IMG/VR virus record: IMGVR_UViG_3300048851_000184
Coordinates: 1 to 64,000 of that record
Source of the DNA: a virus
Taxonomy: Duplodnaviria > Caudoviricetes
Reading direction: 5' to 3' (one strand)
DNA length: 64,000 bases
Under the pieces are notes generated by a model. It was not told the DNA's origin and did not search any database. It saw only the letters and a list, made by a program, of their open reading frames with translations. Of the stretch, positions 9,534 through 19,072 are shown in pieces. Both the position numbers and the translations under genes were made by a program. How positions within the stretch are numbered: the stretch's first letter is position 1; every line of letters begins with the position of its first letter.

Positions 9534-10490
9534 ATGGCCGTACAGCCTACCCGCCGGCGCGCGCTCGGCATCAACGCCGTGCAGTCGGCCGTGTTCGAAA
9601 CGAGCTACGGGCAGACGCCCACGACCGGCTTCAAGCGCCTGCCGTTCGTCAGCAACGCGCTTGGCGAAGAGCGCCCGCTGATCGAGGACGACCAACTCGG
9701 CTTCGGGCGCGAGGGGCTCGACCCGGAATATGACGTCGCGACCAACGACGGCGATGTCGTGGTGCCGATGGACACCCGCGCGTTCGGCTGGTGGCTGAAG
9801 CTGCTGCTGGGCGACGCCACCACGGCCGCAGGCGACGGCAGCCGCTATGCCCACACCTTCGTGTCGGGGAAGACGGAACTGCCGTCCGCCTCGATCGAAC
9901 TCGGCAACCCGGAGATCCCGAGCTACTCGGTGAACTTCGGCGCGCTGGCCAACCAGCTGCGTGTGTCGATGGCCCGCTCGGGCATGCTCAATGCCACGAT
10001 GGGCGTGATCGCGCAGGGCGAGACGCGCAAGCAGGCGCTGAGCGTCGCCGGCACCCCGGACCTGTTCCACGGCGATCGCTTCCAGCAGGCCACGGGCTCC
10101 ATCAAGCGGGGTGGCGAGGTGCTGGGCAGCGTCACCGCCGCTGGCTTCACCTATTCCAATAATTACGAGAAGGTGGAGGCGATCCGGGGGGACGGCCGGA
10201 TTGACGGCGCCGATCCGCTCAAGGCGATGATGACCGGCGAACTGACGATGCGCTTCGATCGCCTCGACCTCTACGATGCGTCCGTCGACGGCACGCCGAT
10301 CGATCTGGAGTTCGGGTGGAAGCGGGGCGACGCGAGCCTGCTCTTCACCCTCTCGCGCGTGTTCCTGCCGCGCGTCAAGCGCCCCATCAGCGGCCCCGGC
10401 GGCATCCAGGCAACGTCGAATTGGCAGGCGTCCGGTGCCGGCGGCCACACGTTGACTGCTGTGCTGACCAACGACGTCGCCAGCTACTGA
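9534..10490 (+). CDS. Major tail tube protein
   Basis: 318 aa, E..YG.TP start, LTND..SY end, AAGGA RBS; conserved at 54910. Confidence 0.85.
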   Translation: MAVQPTRRRALGINAVQSAVFETSYGQTPTTGFKRLPFVSNALGEERPLIEDDQLGFGREGLDPEYDVATNDGDVVVPMDTRAFGWWLKLLLGDATTAAGDGSRYAHTFVSGKTELPSASIELGNPEIPSYSVNFGALANQLRVSMARSGMLNATMGVIAQGETRKQALSVAGTPDLFHGDRFQQATGSIKRGGEVLGSVTAAGFTYSNNYEKVEAIRGDGRIDGADPLKAMMTGELTMRFDRLDLYDASVDGTPIDLEFGWKRGDASLLFTLSRVFLPRVKRPISGPGGIQATSNWQASGAGGHTLTAVLTNDVASY

Positions 10491-10510
10491 TCCTCCAGCG
10501 GAGACTGCCC

Positions 10511-10792
10511 GTGAAGAAGGAAGATACCGCCGCAGACGCGGCGACCGACAAGGCCCTGCCGCCGCTGCCGACCCATGTCGCCGCCGGTATCACGCCCGAG
10601 TTCGCCAAGCTGCGCGTCGTGGACGCGGAGACCGGCAAGCGGATCGACCACGTGCTGGAGGCGGATACCGAGAAGGGCACGGTTCGCCGCTATGCGGTCG
10701 AGCACGGCAACTTCGTGCGTGAGGGCAGCGACCTGAAGGTCATCGAGGAGGAGCGCAAGGTCCGCCTCGAGTGGATCGAGGGTGCCGGCTGA
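10511..10792 (+). CDS. Conserved hypothetical tail-region protein
   Basis: GTG start with GGAG RBS; homolog at 55886. Confidence 0.65.
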   Translation: MKKEDTAADAATDKALPPLPTHVAAGITPEFAKLRVVDAETGKRIDHVLEADTEKGTVRRYAVEHGNFVREGSDLKVIEEERKVRLEWIEGAG

Positions 10793-11358
10793 TGCTCGTC
10801 GTCAGCAAGAAGGCCGACGGCCCCGCCTGGCTGTCGGTGATGGGCGCCCAGGTGCTGTTCGCCCCCATCGACCGCAAGATGATGCGCGCTGCCCGTCGTG
10901 CTGCCGTCACGTCTCTCCGCGGCGAGGATGCCGAGGAAGGGGAGGAGGCTGCTGACGCGCCAGCCGCGGAGCAGCTTGAGGAGCTCGGTGACGCCCTCAG
11001 CGTGGCCCTGATCCTGGCCGGCGCCCGCGACTGGAAAGATGTCTGCCTGATGGCGGGCCCTGACGATGAGGGCGCCGGTGAGCCACTGCCGTTTAGCCGC
11101 GAGAACCTGGAGCACGCGCTCTCCGACCCGCTCACCTTCGAGGCGTTCGACCAGGCCTACGTCATGCCCTTCGTGCTGCGGGAGCGGACAAAAAACGTCT
11201 CCGCCGCCTCTCAGAATGGCACTGGGGAGGCGGCGATGCCGGAGAACGATACTGCCAGCTCACCTGCCAGGGGAGCGAAGGCCGGCGGTGCGAGCAGTGC
11301 CCGTACCGGATCGAAGAGCCGGACACCGCGGAAGCGGAAGGTGTCTGGGAGGTCCTGA
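10792..11358 (+). CDS. Tail assembly chaperone G-like
   Basis: Between tube and tape measure genes; in-phase A AAA AAC slippery heptamer at 11190-11196. Confidence 0.75.
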   Translation: MLVVSKKADGPAWLSVMGAQVLFAPIDRKMMRAARRAAVTSLRGEDAEEGEEAADAPAAEQLEELGDALSVALILAGARDWKDVCLMAGPDDEGAGEPLPFSRENLEHALSDPLTFEAFDQAYVMPFVLRERTKNVSAASQNGTGEAAMPENDTASSPARGAKAGGASSARTGSKSRTPRKRKVSGRS

Positions 11359-11540
11359 CCTCCTGCGACCGACAGCTGCGGGTTGCGGGCATGACGGGCA
11401 AGCCGTTCGCCCTGGATTACGCGGCCGTGATAGCCGTCGGCTCCGCGCTCGACGCCGACATGGAGATGCTGGCGGACGTGCTGCCGGCAGCCGAAGCGGC
11501 GATCGTCGCGCAGTTCGCCGGTGATGACGGCGGGGATTGA
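11190..11540 (+). CDS. T segment of chaperone GT, reached by -1 frameshift
   Basis: -1 frame open 116 codons (KKRLRRLSEWHWGGG...CEQCPY...FALDYAAV) without own start; conserved at 56565-56915. Confidence 0.7.
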   Translation, partial: KKRLRRLSEWHWGGGDAGERYCQLTCQGSEGRRCEQCPYRIEEPDTAEAEGVWEVLTSCDRQLRVAGMTGKPFALDYAAVIAVGSALDADMEMLADVLPAAEAAIVAQFAGDDGGD

Positions 11541-11549
11541 GGAGGGCGC

Positions 11550-14500
11550 GTGGAAAAGTCCGTCTCGATCCGCATGGGCACGACCGGCAAGGCCGATGTC
11601 ACCCGCACCTTCGACGAGATCGCCGCGTCTGGTGACGCGTCAGCGAAGCGCTGGAGCAAAGCCTACGAGCGGGCCGGCGAGGACGTAGAAGCGGCAATCC
11701 AGCGGCAGGCGAACGCTGCCGCCAAGATCGCTGCGATCGCGCCTCAGTCGCCCGTGCAGATGCGGATTGCGGATACGAACGGTACCGGGTTCGGCCAGTG
11801 GGAGGGCTCGGCCCGCCAGTCTGCCGCGGCGTTCAAGGACCTGATCGCCGCCGAAGAGCAGCTGGACGCGCGCACTCGCGCACTGGTGAGCGCGATCGAT
11901 CCGGCGTTCGCGGCGCAGCAGCGCTACAATGCCGAGATGCGGGACGCGGTCGGCCTCTACGACGCCGGTCGCATCAGCCTGGATCAGTTCCTCGCTGCCG
12001 AGCAGCAGGCCGCAGCCGTGCTGGACAAGGTCGCGGGGATCACGCGCACCGCGGCGGCTGAGACGGCCGAGCTGACGGCAATGCAGGCCCGCGTCGAGGC
12101 GGCCTCAGGTACCGGATTCGGCCAGTGGGAGGGGTCGGCAAAGCGCTCCGCTCTCGCAATGGGCGAGCTGCTCGCCGAAGAGGAGAGGCTGGAGGCGCGT
12201 ACGCGCGCCCTGATCGCGGCGATCGATCCCGCTGCCGCCGCCCAGATGCGCTTTGACGCCGAGATGGCCACCGCGCGCGAACTCATCAGCCGGGGCGCGA
12301 TCTCGCTGGACCAGTATGTCGCCAAGCTGCGGCTTGAGCAGGACGCGCTGGACGACGCGACGGCTGCGCACATGCGCGCGAACGTGTCTACGGGCCAGCT
12401 TCGCGCAGGCGGGCAACAACTTGCCTATCAGATTGGCGACATCACGCAGCAGTGGGCGCTCAACACGCCGCTGATGGTGATCTTTGCCCAGCAGGGTGGG
12501 CAGGTGGTGCAGGCGCTGGACCTGATGACGGGCGGCGCAAATCGCTTCATCTCGTTCATGGCTGGCACCTGGGGCGCTGTGCTGCTGGGCGCAGTGATGA
12601 TCATCGGGCAGATGGTCAGCCGTTCCAACGACGCGGGAAATGCGGCCGACGAACTAGCAAAGCGCCAGCAGTCGCTGTCCGGCATCATCGACAAGACGAC
12701 GGGCAGGATCAAAGAGCAGAACGCGGCCCTGCTGCAGAACGCCATCCTGGCGGCGCGCAAGGACGTGAACGAAACGCGCAAGGCGTACATCGAGGCGCGA
12801 ACTGACTTCGTAAACACAGCGGTCCCGATCCCCGGCTTGGCGCAGCTGCAGCAGCAGTTCGCCCGGGGCGAGAAGAGTGCCGCCCAGGTATCGTCTGAGC
12901 TGGCGAACCTGACCCGTGAGTTCAAATACGGGACGACGGGCTACAAGCAGGTTGAGTACCTGCAGGGGCTGCTCAAGAGTGTGGTGGACACCGCGCGCAC
13001 GGGTGTCAGCGCCCAAGCGCAGTCCCGGCTGCTGGGCGGTGCCGGGAAGCCCGGGGATGCCGCGATCGCGTTTGGCGACTTCAGCGCTGGACGGAACGAG
13101 CCGCCGAACACCGCCATCCTTGATGCCCAGGCTCGCTTGCAGGCCGGCAACCTGAGCAAGCTTCAGGAGGCGCAGGAAAAGCTCACCATCGCCCGCGAGA
13201 AGGCAAAGGACGAACTCGACAAGGGTATCATCACCCAAGATCAGTATACGGCCCGGCTGGCGCCGCTGGAGGCGGCGGTAAACGCCGCCCGCGAGAAGAC
13301 CGACCGGCACGGGCAGTCGCTCGCTCGCCAGGCCGCGGCGATGGACGTAAACGCGCAGGCATCCCTGGATCTGGCGCGGGCATATCTGGTTGGCGGGGAT
13401 GCCGCGCTGCGTGCCGAGGCGGCCCGCAAGGGCCTGACCGACGCGACCCGTCGCGGGATCGACACCGACGCGCAGGTGCAGCGCCAGCTGCAAGTGATGG
13501 TCGGCGAGCAGGTGGCGAACGGCGCAAAGTCCGTTGCCCAGCTGCGCGAAGAGACCGAGGCGCGCGCCGCTGTCCGCGCCCAAGTGCTGGCTGGCACGCT
13601 GCCGGTCGAGGGTATGGCGCAGGCGTTGTCCGACGAGGCGGCGCTACGTCCCCTGCTCAAGCTCCAAACCGTCGCCCAGGGCGAGGCGTTGACCGAACTG
13701 ACGAAGGTGATCGAGGCCTACCGCAAAGCGCTCGCCGACGCGCACGAGGAGGAGGCCAAGAGCAGCGCGGCCGTCGAGACCAAGGCGTCCACGGACCGCT
13801 TCGCCGAGACGATCGAGAGCATCCGAGATCTCGGTAAGGATCCGCTGCAGCGCGCCCTCGATGCCGCCCGGCGCGCGGCAGAACGCGACGCGGATGCCAA
13901 GAAGCTGACGGGTGAGGACCGGACGGGGTTCGTGGATGCCCGGATCAACGAGGCCCGCGCCACCGAAGGGTATCGCCGAGCGCAGTTCTACGTCAGCACC
14001 GCGGACGATCAGCGGGATTCGCTGGAGATGGCGAAGCTCGACCTCTCGCTCGCGTCGGCTGGCAACGATGAGCGCGATCGCGCGGTGTCGAAGCTGGACC
14101 TGATCCTGCGCATGAAGCGCGAGGGGATCACCGCCGACAGCGAGGAAGGTCGCAAGCTGCTGGAGAACCAGGAGCACCTCGACGGGGTTGCCACCCAGGC
14201 GAAGCTCGCCGCGGCTGGCTTCCAGGAGCTGCGCGACTTCGGCAGCGACTTCGTCGACACGGTGCTGTCCGAGGATACCTGGTCGAGCTGGGGCAACGCC
14301 GGCAAGACGATCCTGAACATGCTCAAGAGCGAGTTCGTGAAGCTCGCGCTGCTGAACCCGATCAAGAACCTGCTCAACGGCGACAGGGCGCTGCCGACCC
14401 TGAGCGGCCTGGTCGGCAAGGTGGGCAGCCTGTTCGGCAAGCCGGGCAACAATGCGGCTGGCACCGAGTGGTGGTCGGGCGGAGCGACGTACCTAGCCGA

Positions 14501-14771
14501 GCACGGTCCCGAACTCGTCAACCTGCCGCAGGGCTCCAGGGTGACACCGGCCGGCGAGACGCGGCGACTGCTCGGCGGTGGCGGGATGATGGGAGGCGAG
14601 ATGAAGCTCAAGCTGGAACTCACCCCTTCGTCCTACTTCGATGCGCGCGTAGTCTCGGTCAGCGGCCCGCTGGTGGCGCAGGGCGCAACAGCGGCTGCGG
14701 CCGGAGGGGCGCAGATGGCTGAGGCGGAAAGCATGGCCGCTGGCGCGCGCCGTCTGGGGCGGTTCCGCTGA
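11550..14771 (+). CDS. Tape measure protein (1073 aa)
   Basis: Ala-rich helical, QLAYQIGDITQQ...FAQQGGQ motif, C-terminal YLAEHGPELV. Confidence 0.9.
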   Translation: MEKSVSIRMGTTGKADVTRTFDEIAASGDASAKRWSKAYERAGEDVEAAIQRQANAAAKIAAIAPQSPVQMRIADTNGTGFGQWEGSARQSAAAFKDLIAAEEQLDARTRALVSAIDPAFAAQQRYNAEMRDAVGLYDAGRISLDQFLAAEQQAAAVLDKVAGITRTAAAETAELTAMQARVEAASGTGFGQWEGSAKRSALAMGELLAEEERLEARTRALIAAIDPAAAAQMRFDAEMATARELISRGAISLDQYVAKLRLEQDALDDATAAHMRANVSTGQLRAGGQQLAYQIGDITQQWALNTPLMVIFAQQGGQVVQALDLMTGGANRFISFMAGTWGAVLLGAVMIIGQMVSRSNDAGNAADELAKRQQSLSGIIDKTTGRIKEQNAALLQNAILAARKDVNETRKAYIEARTDFVNTAVPIPGLAQLQQQFARGEKSAAQVSSELANLTREFKYGTTGYKQVEYLQGLLKSVVDTARTGVSAQAQSRLLGGAGKPGDAAIAFGDFSAGRNEPPNTAILDAQARLQAGNLSKLQEAQEKLTIAREKAKDELDKGIITQDQYTARLAPLEAAVNAAREKTDRHGQSLARQAAAMDVNAQASLDLARAYLVGGDAALRAEAARKGLTDATRRGIDTDAQVQRQLQVMVGEQVANGAKSVAQLREETEARAAVRAQVLAGTLPVEGMAQALSDEAALRPLLKLQTVAQGEALTELTKVIEAYRKALADAHEEEAKSSAAVETKASTDRFAETIESIRDLGKDPLQRALDAARRAAERDADAKKLTGEDRTGFVDARINEARATEGYRRAQFYVSTADDQRDSLEMAKLDLSLASAGNDERDRAVSKLDLILRMKREGITADSEEGRKLLENQEHLDGVATQAKLAAAGFQELRDFGSDFVDTVLSEDTWSSWGNAGKTILNMLKSEFVKLALLNPIKNLLNGDRALPTLSGLVGKVGSLFGKPGNNAAGTEWWSGGATYLAEHGPELVNLPQGSRVTPAGETRRLLGGGGMMGGEMKLKLELTPSSYFDARVVSVSGPLVAQGATAAAAGGAQMAEAESMAAGARRLGRFR

Positions 14772-15373
14772 TGCCCGTCGCGATCCCGCACCTGCGGATC
14801 CGGTCGTTCGCGCTGCGCCCGCGCCTGTTCAGCGGTGAGCAGGAGGGCGCACTCGGTGGGCCGGACCTGCCGATCCCGAGGCCAGGCGATCGGTTCGCGG
14901 TGGACGTGACGACGACGCAGTTCCGCAACGACGCCGAAGGGCGGCTAATGGCGGCTGCGCTGTTCGAGGCGAGCAACAGCAGTGCGATCATGCGGATCGT
15001 GCAGCCGAACCGCAGCGGCCGCTCCCCCGGCTATGCGGTGGCGGTCGACGGCACAGACCAGGGCGGCATGACGCTGTCCCTGCGTGGGCTCCAGGCAGGT
15101 GCCTCGCTTACGCGCGGCAACTTCTTCAGCATCGTCCACGGCGGGCAGCGCTACGTGCACATGATCGCCTGCGCCGGACAGCTGGTGGTGCCGGTGAGCG
15201 GCAAGGTTGCACTGCCGATCTGGCCCATGCTGCGGTTTCTCACCGTCGACGGCGAGCCCGCTGAGTTCGTGGCCCCGATGATCGAGGGCAAGCTGCTGGG
15301 GTTCGACAAGGGCGCTAGCTTCGTGCGGGCGAAAACCGAGCCGCTGTCTTTCAGCATCCAGGAGCGGGCATGA
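14771..15373 (+). CDS. Putative distal tail protein
   Basis: 200 aa immediately after tape measure, TGATG overlap; homolog at 59825. Confidence 0.6.
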   Translation: MPVAIPHLRIRSFALRPRLFSGEQEGALGGPDLPIPRPGDRFAVDVTTTQFRNDAEGRLMAAALFEASNSSAIMRIVQPNRSGRSPGYAVAVDGTDQGGMTLSLRGLQAGASLTRGNFFSIVHGGQRYVHMIACAGQLVVPVSGKVALPIWPMLRFLTVDGEPAEFVAPMIEGKLLGFDKGASFVRAKTEPLSFSIQERA

Positions 15374-16011
15374 CCTTTCGCCTGACCCCTCCGATGTCTG
15401 CGAAGCTGCGGACTGGCCGCTACCCATTTGCGCCGCTCGTGCGGGTGGAGTTGCCGGACTACACGCTCTGCCATTTGGTCGGCTCTGCCGAGGTGAAGTT
15501 CAACGGGAAGAAGTTCGTCGGCCGAGATCCACGTTTCGGCGTTCTGGTGGCGGCGAGCAACCTGAAGGATGGCGTCGCCAACGAAGCGCCCGACTGGTCG
15601 CTGACTTTCGTTCCACCGGACGAGGTCGCCGCCTCCGAACTTGCTGCGGCGACCGCGCAGGGAGGCGAGGTTGGCGGCTGGCTTGGGCTGATCGACCCGG
15701 CGACCGGGCAGCTACTGCCGGAGCCCATCCAGCTATTTGGGGGCGAGCTGGACGTGCCGAGGATCCGCGTAGGCAAGGGCGCGCGCACGCTGGAGTGGCG
15801 CTGCGCATCCTCGCTTGAGCCCTTCCATGACGAGGAGAAGGGCGCACGGCTTTCGGACAGCTGGCACCAGCTGGTTTGGCCGGGAGAGACCGGCTGCGCG
15901 AACATGACGGGCATCGACAAGACGTCCATGTGGGGAGTCGAGAAGCCGCCCTCCACCGTGCGCGTCACCGGCGGCAGCCTGAACCCGTCGTTCCTGGGGA
16001 ACCTGGCCTGA
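15370..16011 (+). CDS. Putative tail hub/baseplate protein
   Basis: 213 aa, position; homolog at 60427. Confidence 0.6.
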   Translation: MTFRLTPPMSAKLRTGRYPFAPLVRVELPDYTLCHLVGSAEVKFNGKKFVGRDPRFGVLVAASNLKDGVANEAPDWSLTFVPPDEVAASELAAATAQGGEVGGWLGLIDPATGQLLPEPIQLFGGELDVPRIRVGKGARTLEWRCASSLEPFHDEEKGARLSDSWHQLVWPGETGCANMTGIDKTSMWGVEKPPSTVRVTGGSLNPSFLGNLA

Positions 16012-16430
16012 TGAGCGGACTTCTCCGGCGCCAGCAGGCCGCGCAGGCAGCGCTAGACCGGTTCAAGGGGGAGCCTCTCGTCTACGGAAAGAACGACTGC
16101 GTTCGCCTGGCGGCGTTCGTCCTGCGCAAGATGGGGCACCGGCCGCAGCTGGCGAAGGCCGGCAGCTACAGCACCGCGCTGGGCGCCGCGCGCGCATTGC
16201 AGCGTGCCGGGTTTGAGGATCTGGCGGCCGCCGTCGATGCACTGGGTCTGCCGCGGATCGCGCCCGCAGCCGCCTGGGTGGCGGACATGGTGCTGCTGCC
16301 AGCCGAGGGCCCCTTCGGCGGCGCCCTGAGCGTCGCCGTCGGGAACGGCCGGGTGCTCGGCTATCACGAAGACGTGGACGGCGCAGACATCCTGCAGCCG
16401 GTTCAATATCTCGCCGCCTGGCGGGTCTGA
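16011..16430 (+). CDS. Tail-associated NlpC/P60-like peptidase (DUF6950-like)
   Basis: YGKNDC motif, gpK-like position; homolog at 61068. Confidence 0.65.
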   Translation: MSGLLRRQQAAQAALDRFKGEPLVYGKNDCVRLAAFVLRKMGHRPQLAKAGSYSTALGAARALQRAGFEDLAAAVDALGLPRIAPAAAWVADMVLLPAEGPFGGALSVAVGNGRVLGYHEDVDGADILQPVQYLAAWRV

Positions 16431-16439
16431 GAGGCGCGC

Positions 16440-19031
16440 ATGGCGAAAGCTCTTCGGACGGCGGCGTTCGTCGTCGGCGCTGTCGCGCTTGCTGCAACTG
16501 GCGTCGGTGCGGCTGTGTCGCTAGGCGCCCTTGCCGCCAGCGCTACCACTGCCACGATCGCGACTGTCGCCACGGTGGCGCAGGTCAGTGCGGCCGCGCT
16601 CTCGATCGCGTCGGCCGCCGCCACGCCGAAGGGCTCGCTTGGCGGCAACCCGACCGAGTTCACGATCGATAAGGAATCCGGGCTGCCGTACGCGATCGGG
16701 CGGACCTATTCGGCGGGCAAGGTCGTGCACCGCCAGTATTACGGGTCGAAGAACAGCCTGGAGAGCTGGGTCGCCGTCCATAGCATCGGCCCGATCAAGA
16801 GCCTCGGCCCGTTTCAGGTCGAGAAGGCTACCGTCAGCTTCTCCAATCGCGCAGCTCTCGGCACGTATGCCGGGTATATGTGGCTGGACCAGCAGCTGGG
16901 CGCATGCCCCGAAAGCCGGGCCCTGCAAGGTCCGCAGGGGAATTTCCCCGGCTGGACCGCGGCGTCGAAGCTGTCCGGGCTCGCCGCGGATCTCTGGACG
17001 TTGAAGTTCGACACCAAGGGCAAGAAGTATCCCAACGGCGTGCCAGAGCGCGGCCGCATCCTGGAAGGGGTGTTCGTCTACGATCCCCGCCTCGATAGCA
17101 CCTATCCGGGCGGTGCGGGCGCCTGCCGGCTGGGGCAGGAGGCGACCTACGTCTACAGCGAGAACCCGGCACTGCACGCACTCACCTGGGCCTTCGGTCG
17201 CGTGCAGAATGGCGTCCTGATCGCTGGCGGCGGCATGAAGCTGGTCGGCATTGACCTGCCGCCATTCGTCGAGTGGGCGAACGTCTGCGAGGCGAACAAC
17301 TGGAAGGTCGGCGGCGTCGTCTACACGAGCGCCGACAACGGCTGGGACATCCTGAAGATGATCTGCCAGGCGGGCGGCGGCGAGCCGATGCCGGTCGGCG
17401 GCCAGCTGTCGGTGACCTTCAATGCTCCGCGGGTGTCGATCGGCACGATCACCAGCGCCGACATTACCATCAGCGACGTCGACGTGCCCGGGACCGCCTC
17501 GCGCCGCGCGCGCCGCAACACCGTGATCCCGAAGGTGCGGCTGGAGAGCCACGGCTGGCAGATGGTGCCGCTGAACGCGATCGCGATCCCCGACTATGTC
17601 GCCGTCGATGGCGGCAGCAGGCCGAGGGAGATCGAGTTTCCGCTGGTTCAGCAGGTCGACCAGGGCGCGCAGCTGGGCCTTTATGAGATCCTGAATGGCC
17701 GGGAGCTGGAGGGCATTCTTCTTCCCTGCAAGGCGACGATGATCGGGTACCGGCCGGGCGATTGCCTGACGGTGGACATCCCGGAGGCGGCGCTGGTCGG
17801 TCGTGACGTGGTGGTGCGCACGCGGGAGATCGACATGGGAACGGTCGGCGTGACCTTCACCTGCCGATCCGAGACCGCATCAAAGCACAGCTTCGCGCTC
17901 GGCAAGGGCGGCACGGCACCGCCGACGCCGGACCTGTCGATCCCGACCGTGGACCTAAGCGCGCCGGATGCCGCCGACTGGACGGCCAATGGGGCGGTGC
18001 TGAGCGCCAACGGCGTTTCCTTCCCCGCGGTGATCGTCACCGGCGCGACCGACGACCGGCCTATGGCGGGCGTGCTGTTCGAATACCGGCCCTATGTCGC
18101 CGGTACGGATCCGGAAGCCGGCTGGAGCGGCGGCGGCATCGACGGGCCGGGGATCACCCGCAAGGAGATCACTAGCGTCCGGTCCGACACGCAGTATGAG
18201 GTCGCGGTGCGCTACATGGTGGCCGGCACCTACAGCGAGCGCCTGGTGTTGGACCCCGTCACGGCCGGCGTGTTCAGCGCCGCCGGCGGCACCCAGGCCG
18301 CCATCGCGACGTCGTTCCCGATCGGCCTGGCGATTGCCGCCGCCGATACTGGTGTGGTGACGATCAGCGCCCACACCCGCCGCTATACCGACGGCCATCC
18401 GGACGTGGCGGTCGCCGGCGCCGCGATCGAGACGGGCCTGGCTCCGGGCGCGTTCCGGGCCATCGGGTACGACGACGAGGAGCGCACGGGCGGCGCGGTG
18501 GCGTACCAGCTGTTCGAGGACGACATCGATGCCCGCGCGGCGCCGGATCACCCGGGCCGGCACTACCTGGGCTACGCGATCATTCCGACTGCCGGCAGCC
18601 CGCCGTCGAACGGGGGCGGGGCCACGCCGCCGGGTGGGCAGTGCGTGACGGTCGACACGCCGATCCTGATGGCGGACGGCACCGAGAAGCCGGCGGGCGA
18701 GATCGACGCCGGCGATCGCGTCCGCACTCGGCACGAACTTCGGCTGAACGAGACGGCCGGGGGCTGGGGCATCTTCTCGGTCGAAGCCATCGAGATCGCG
18801 GACAGCGAGGATGTCTGGCAGGTGACGATCGACGGCCGCGAACTGCGCGCCACCGGCGACCACCTCATCTACACCGGCGCCTGGGTGAAGATGCGCGACG
18901 TGGGCGGGCAAATTCCGGGCTCACACCGGATCGTCAAGATGACCGTGACCGATGCCCACACCTACGTCTCCAACGGCATCCTCTCGCACAACATCAAGAT
19001 GAACCAGCCGGAACAGCCGAGCCAGGTCTGA
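16440..19031 (+). CDS. Tail tip/host-specificity protein (J-like) with C-terminal Hint domain
   Basis: VYDPRLDST, YSENPAL, RRNT motifs, FN3-like segment; Hint blocks at 18642-18992. Confidence 0.85.
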   Translation: MAKALRTAAFVVGAVALAATGVGAAVSLGALAASATTATIATVATVAQVSAAALSIASAAATPKGSLGGNPTEFTIDKESGLPYAIGRTYSAGKVVHRQYYGSKNSLESWVAVHSIGPIKSLGPFQVEKATVSFSNRAALGTYAGYMWLDQQLGACPESRALQGPQGNFPGWTAASKLSGLAADLWTLKFDTKGKKYPNGVPERGRILEGVFVYDPRLDSTYPGGAGACRLGQEATYVYSENPALHALTWAFGRVQNGVLIAGGGMKLVGIDLPPFVEWANVCEANNWKVGGVVYTSADNGWDILKMICQAGGGEPMPVGGQLSVTFNAPRVSIGTITSADITISDVDVPGTASRRARRNTVIPKVRLESHGWQMVPLNAIAIPDYVAVDGGSRPREIEFPLVQQVDQGAQLGLYEILNGRELEGILLPCKATMIGYRPGDCLTVDIPEAALVGRDVVVRTREIDMGTVGVTFTCRSETASKHSFALGKGGTAPPTPDLSIPTVDLSAPDAADWTANGAVLSANGVSFPAVIVTGATDDRPMAGVLFEYRPYVAGTDPEAGWSGGGIDGPGITRKEITSVRSDTQYEVAVRYMVAGTYSERLVLDPVTAGVFSAAGGTQAAIATSFPIGLAIAAADTGVVTISAHTRRYTDGHPDVAVAGAAIETGLAPGAFRAIGYDDEERTGGAVAYQLFEDDIDARAAPDHPGRHYLGYAIIPTAGSPPSNGGGATPPGGQCVTVDTPILMADGTEKPAGEIDAGDRVRTRHELRLNETAGGWGIFSVEAIEIADSEDVWQVTIDGRELRATGDHLIYTGAWVKMRDVGGQIPGSHRIVKMTVTDAHTYVSNGILSHNIKMNQPEQPSQV

Positions 19032-19072
19032 GGCGCGCCGAGCCCAACGCTTCGATACAAAGGGAACCGCAT

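Noticed and set aside
18642-18992. Splicing intein or homing endonuclease
   Set aside because: Residue after HN is Ile, only 12 residues follow, and there is no endonuclease insert
8094-19031. Assembly artefact duplicating the tail region at 53470-64000
   Set aside because: Copies differ by many synonymous changes, indels and whole-gene swaps, which indicates two distinct prophages
18641-19072. N-terminal extension of tail fibre given by the ORF track
   Set aside because: Out-of-frame overlap with the Hint coding region; an RBS supports ATG 19073
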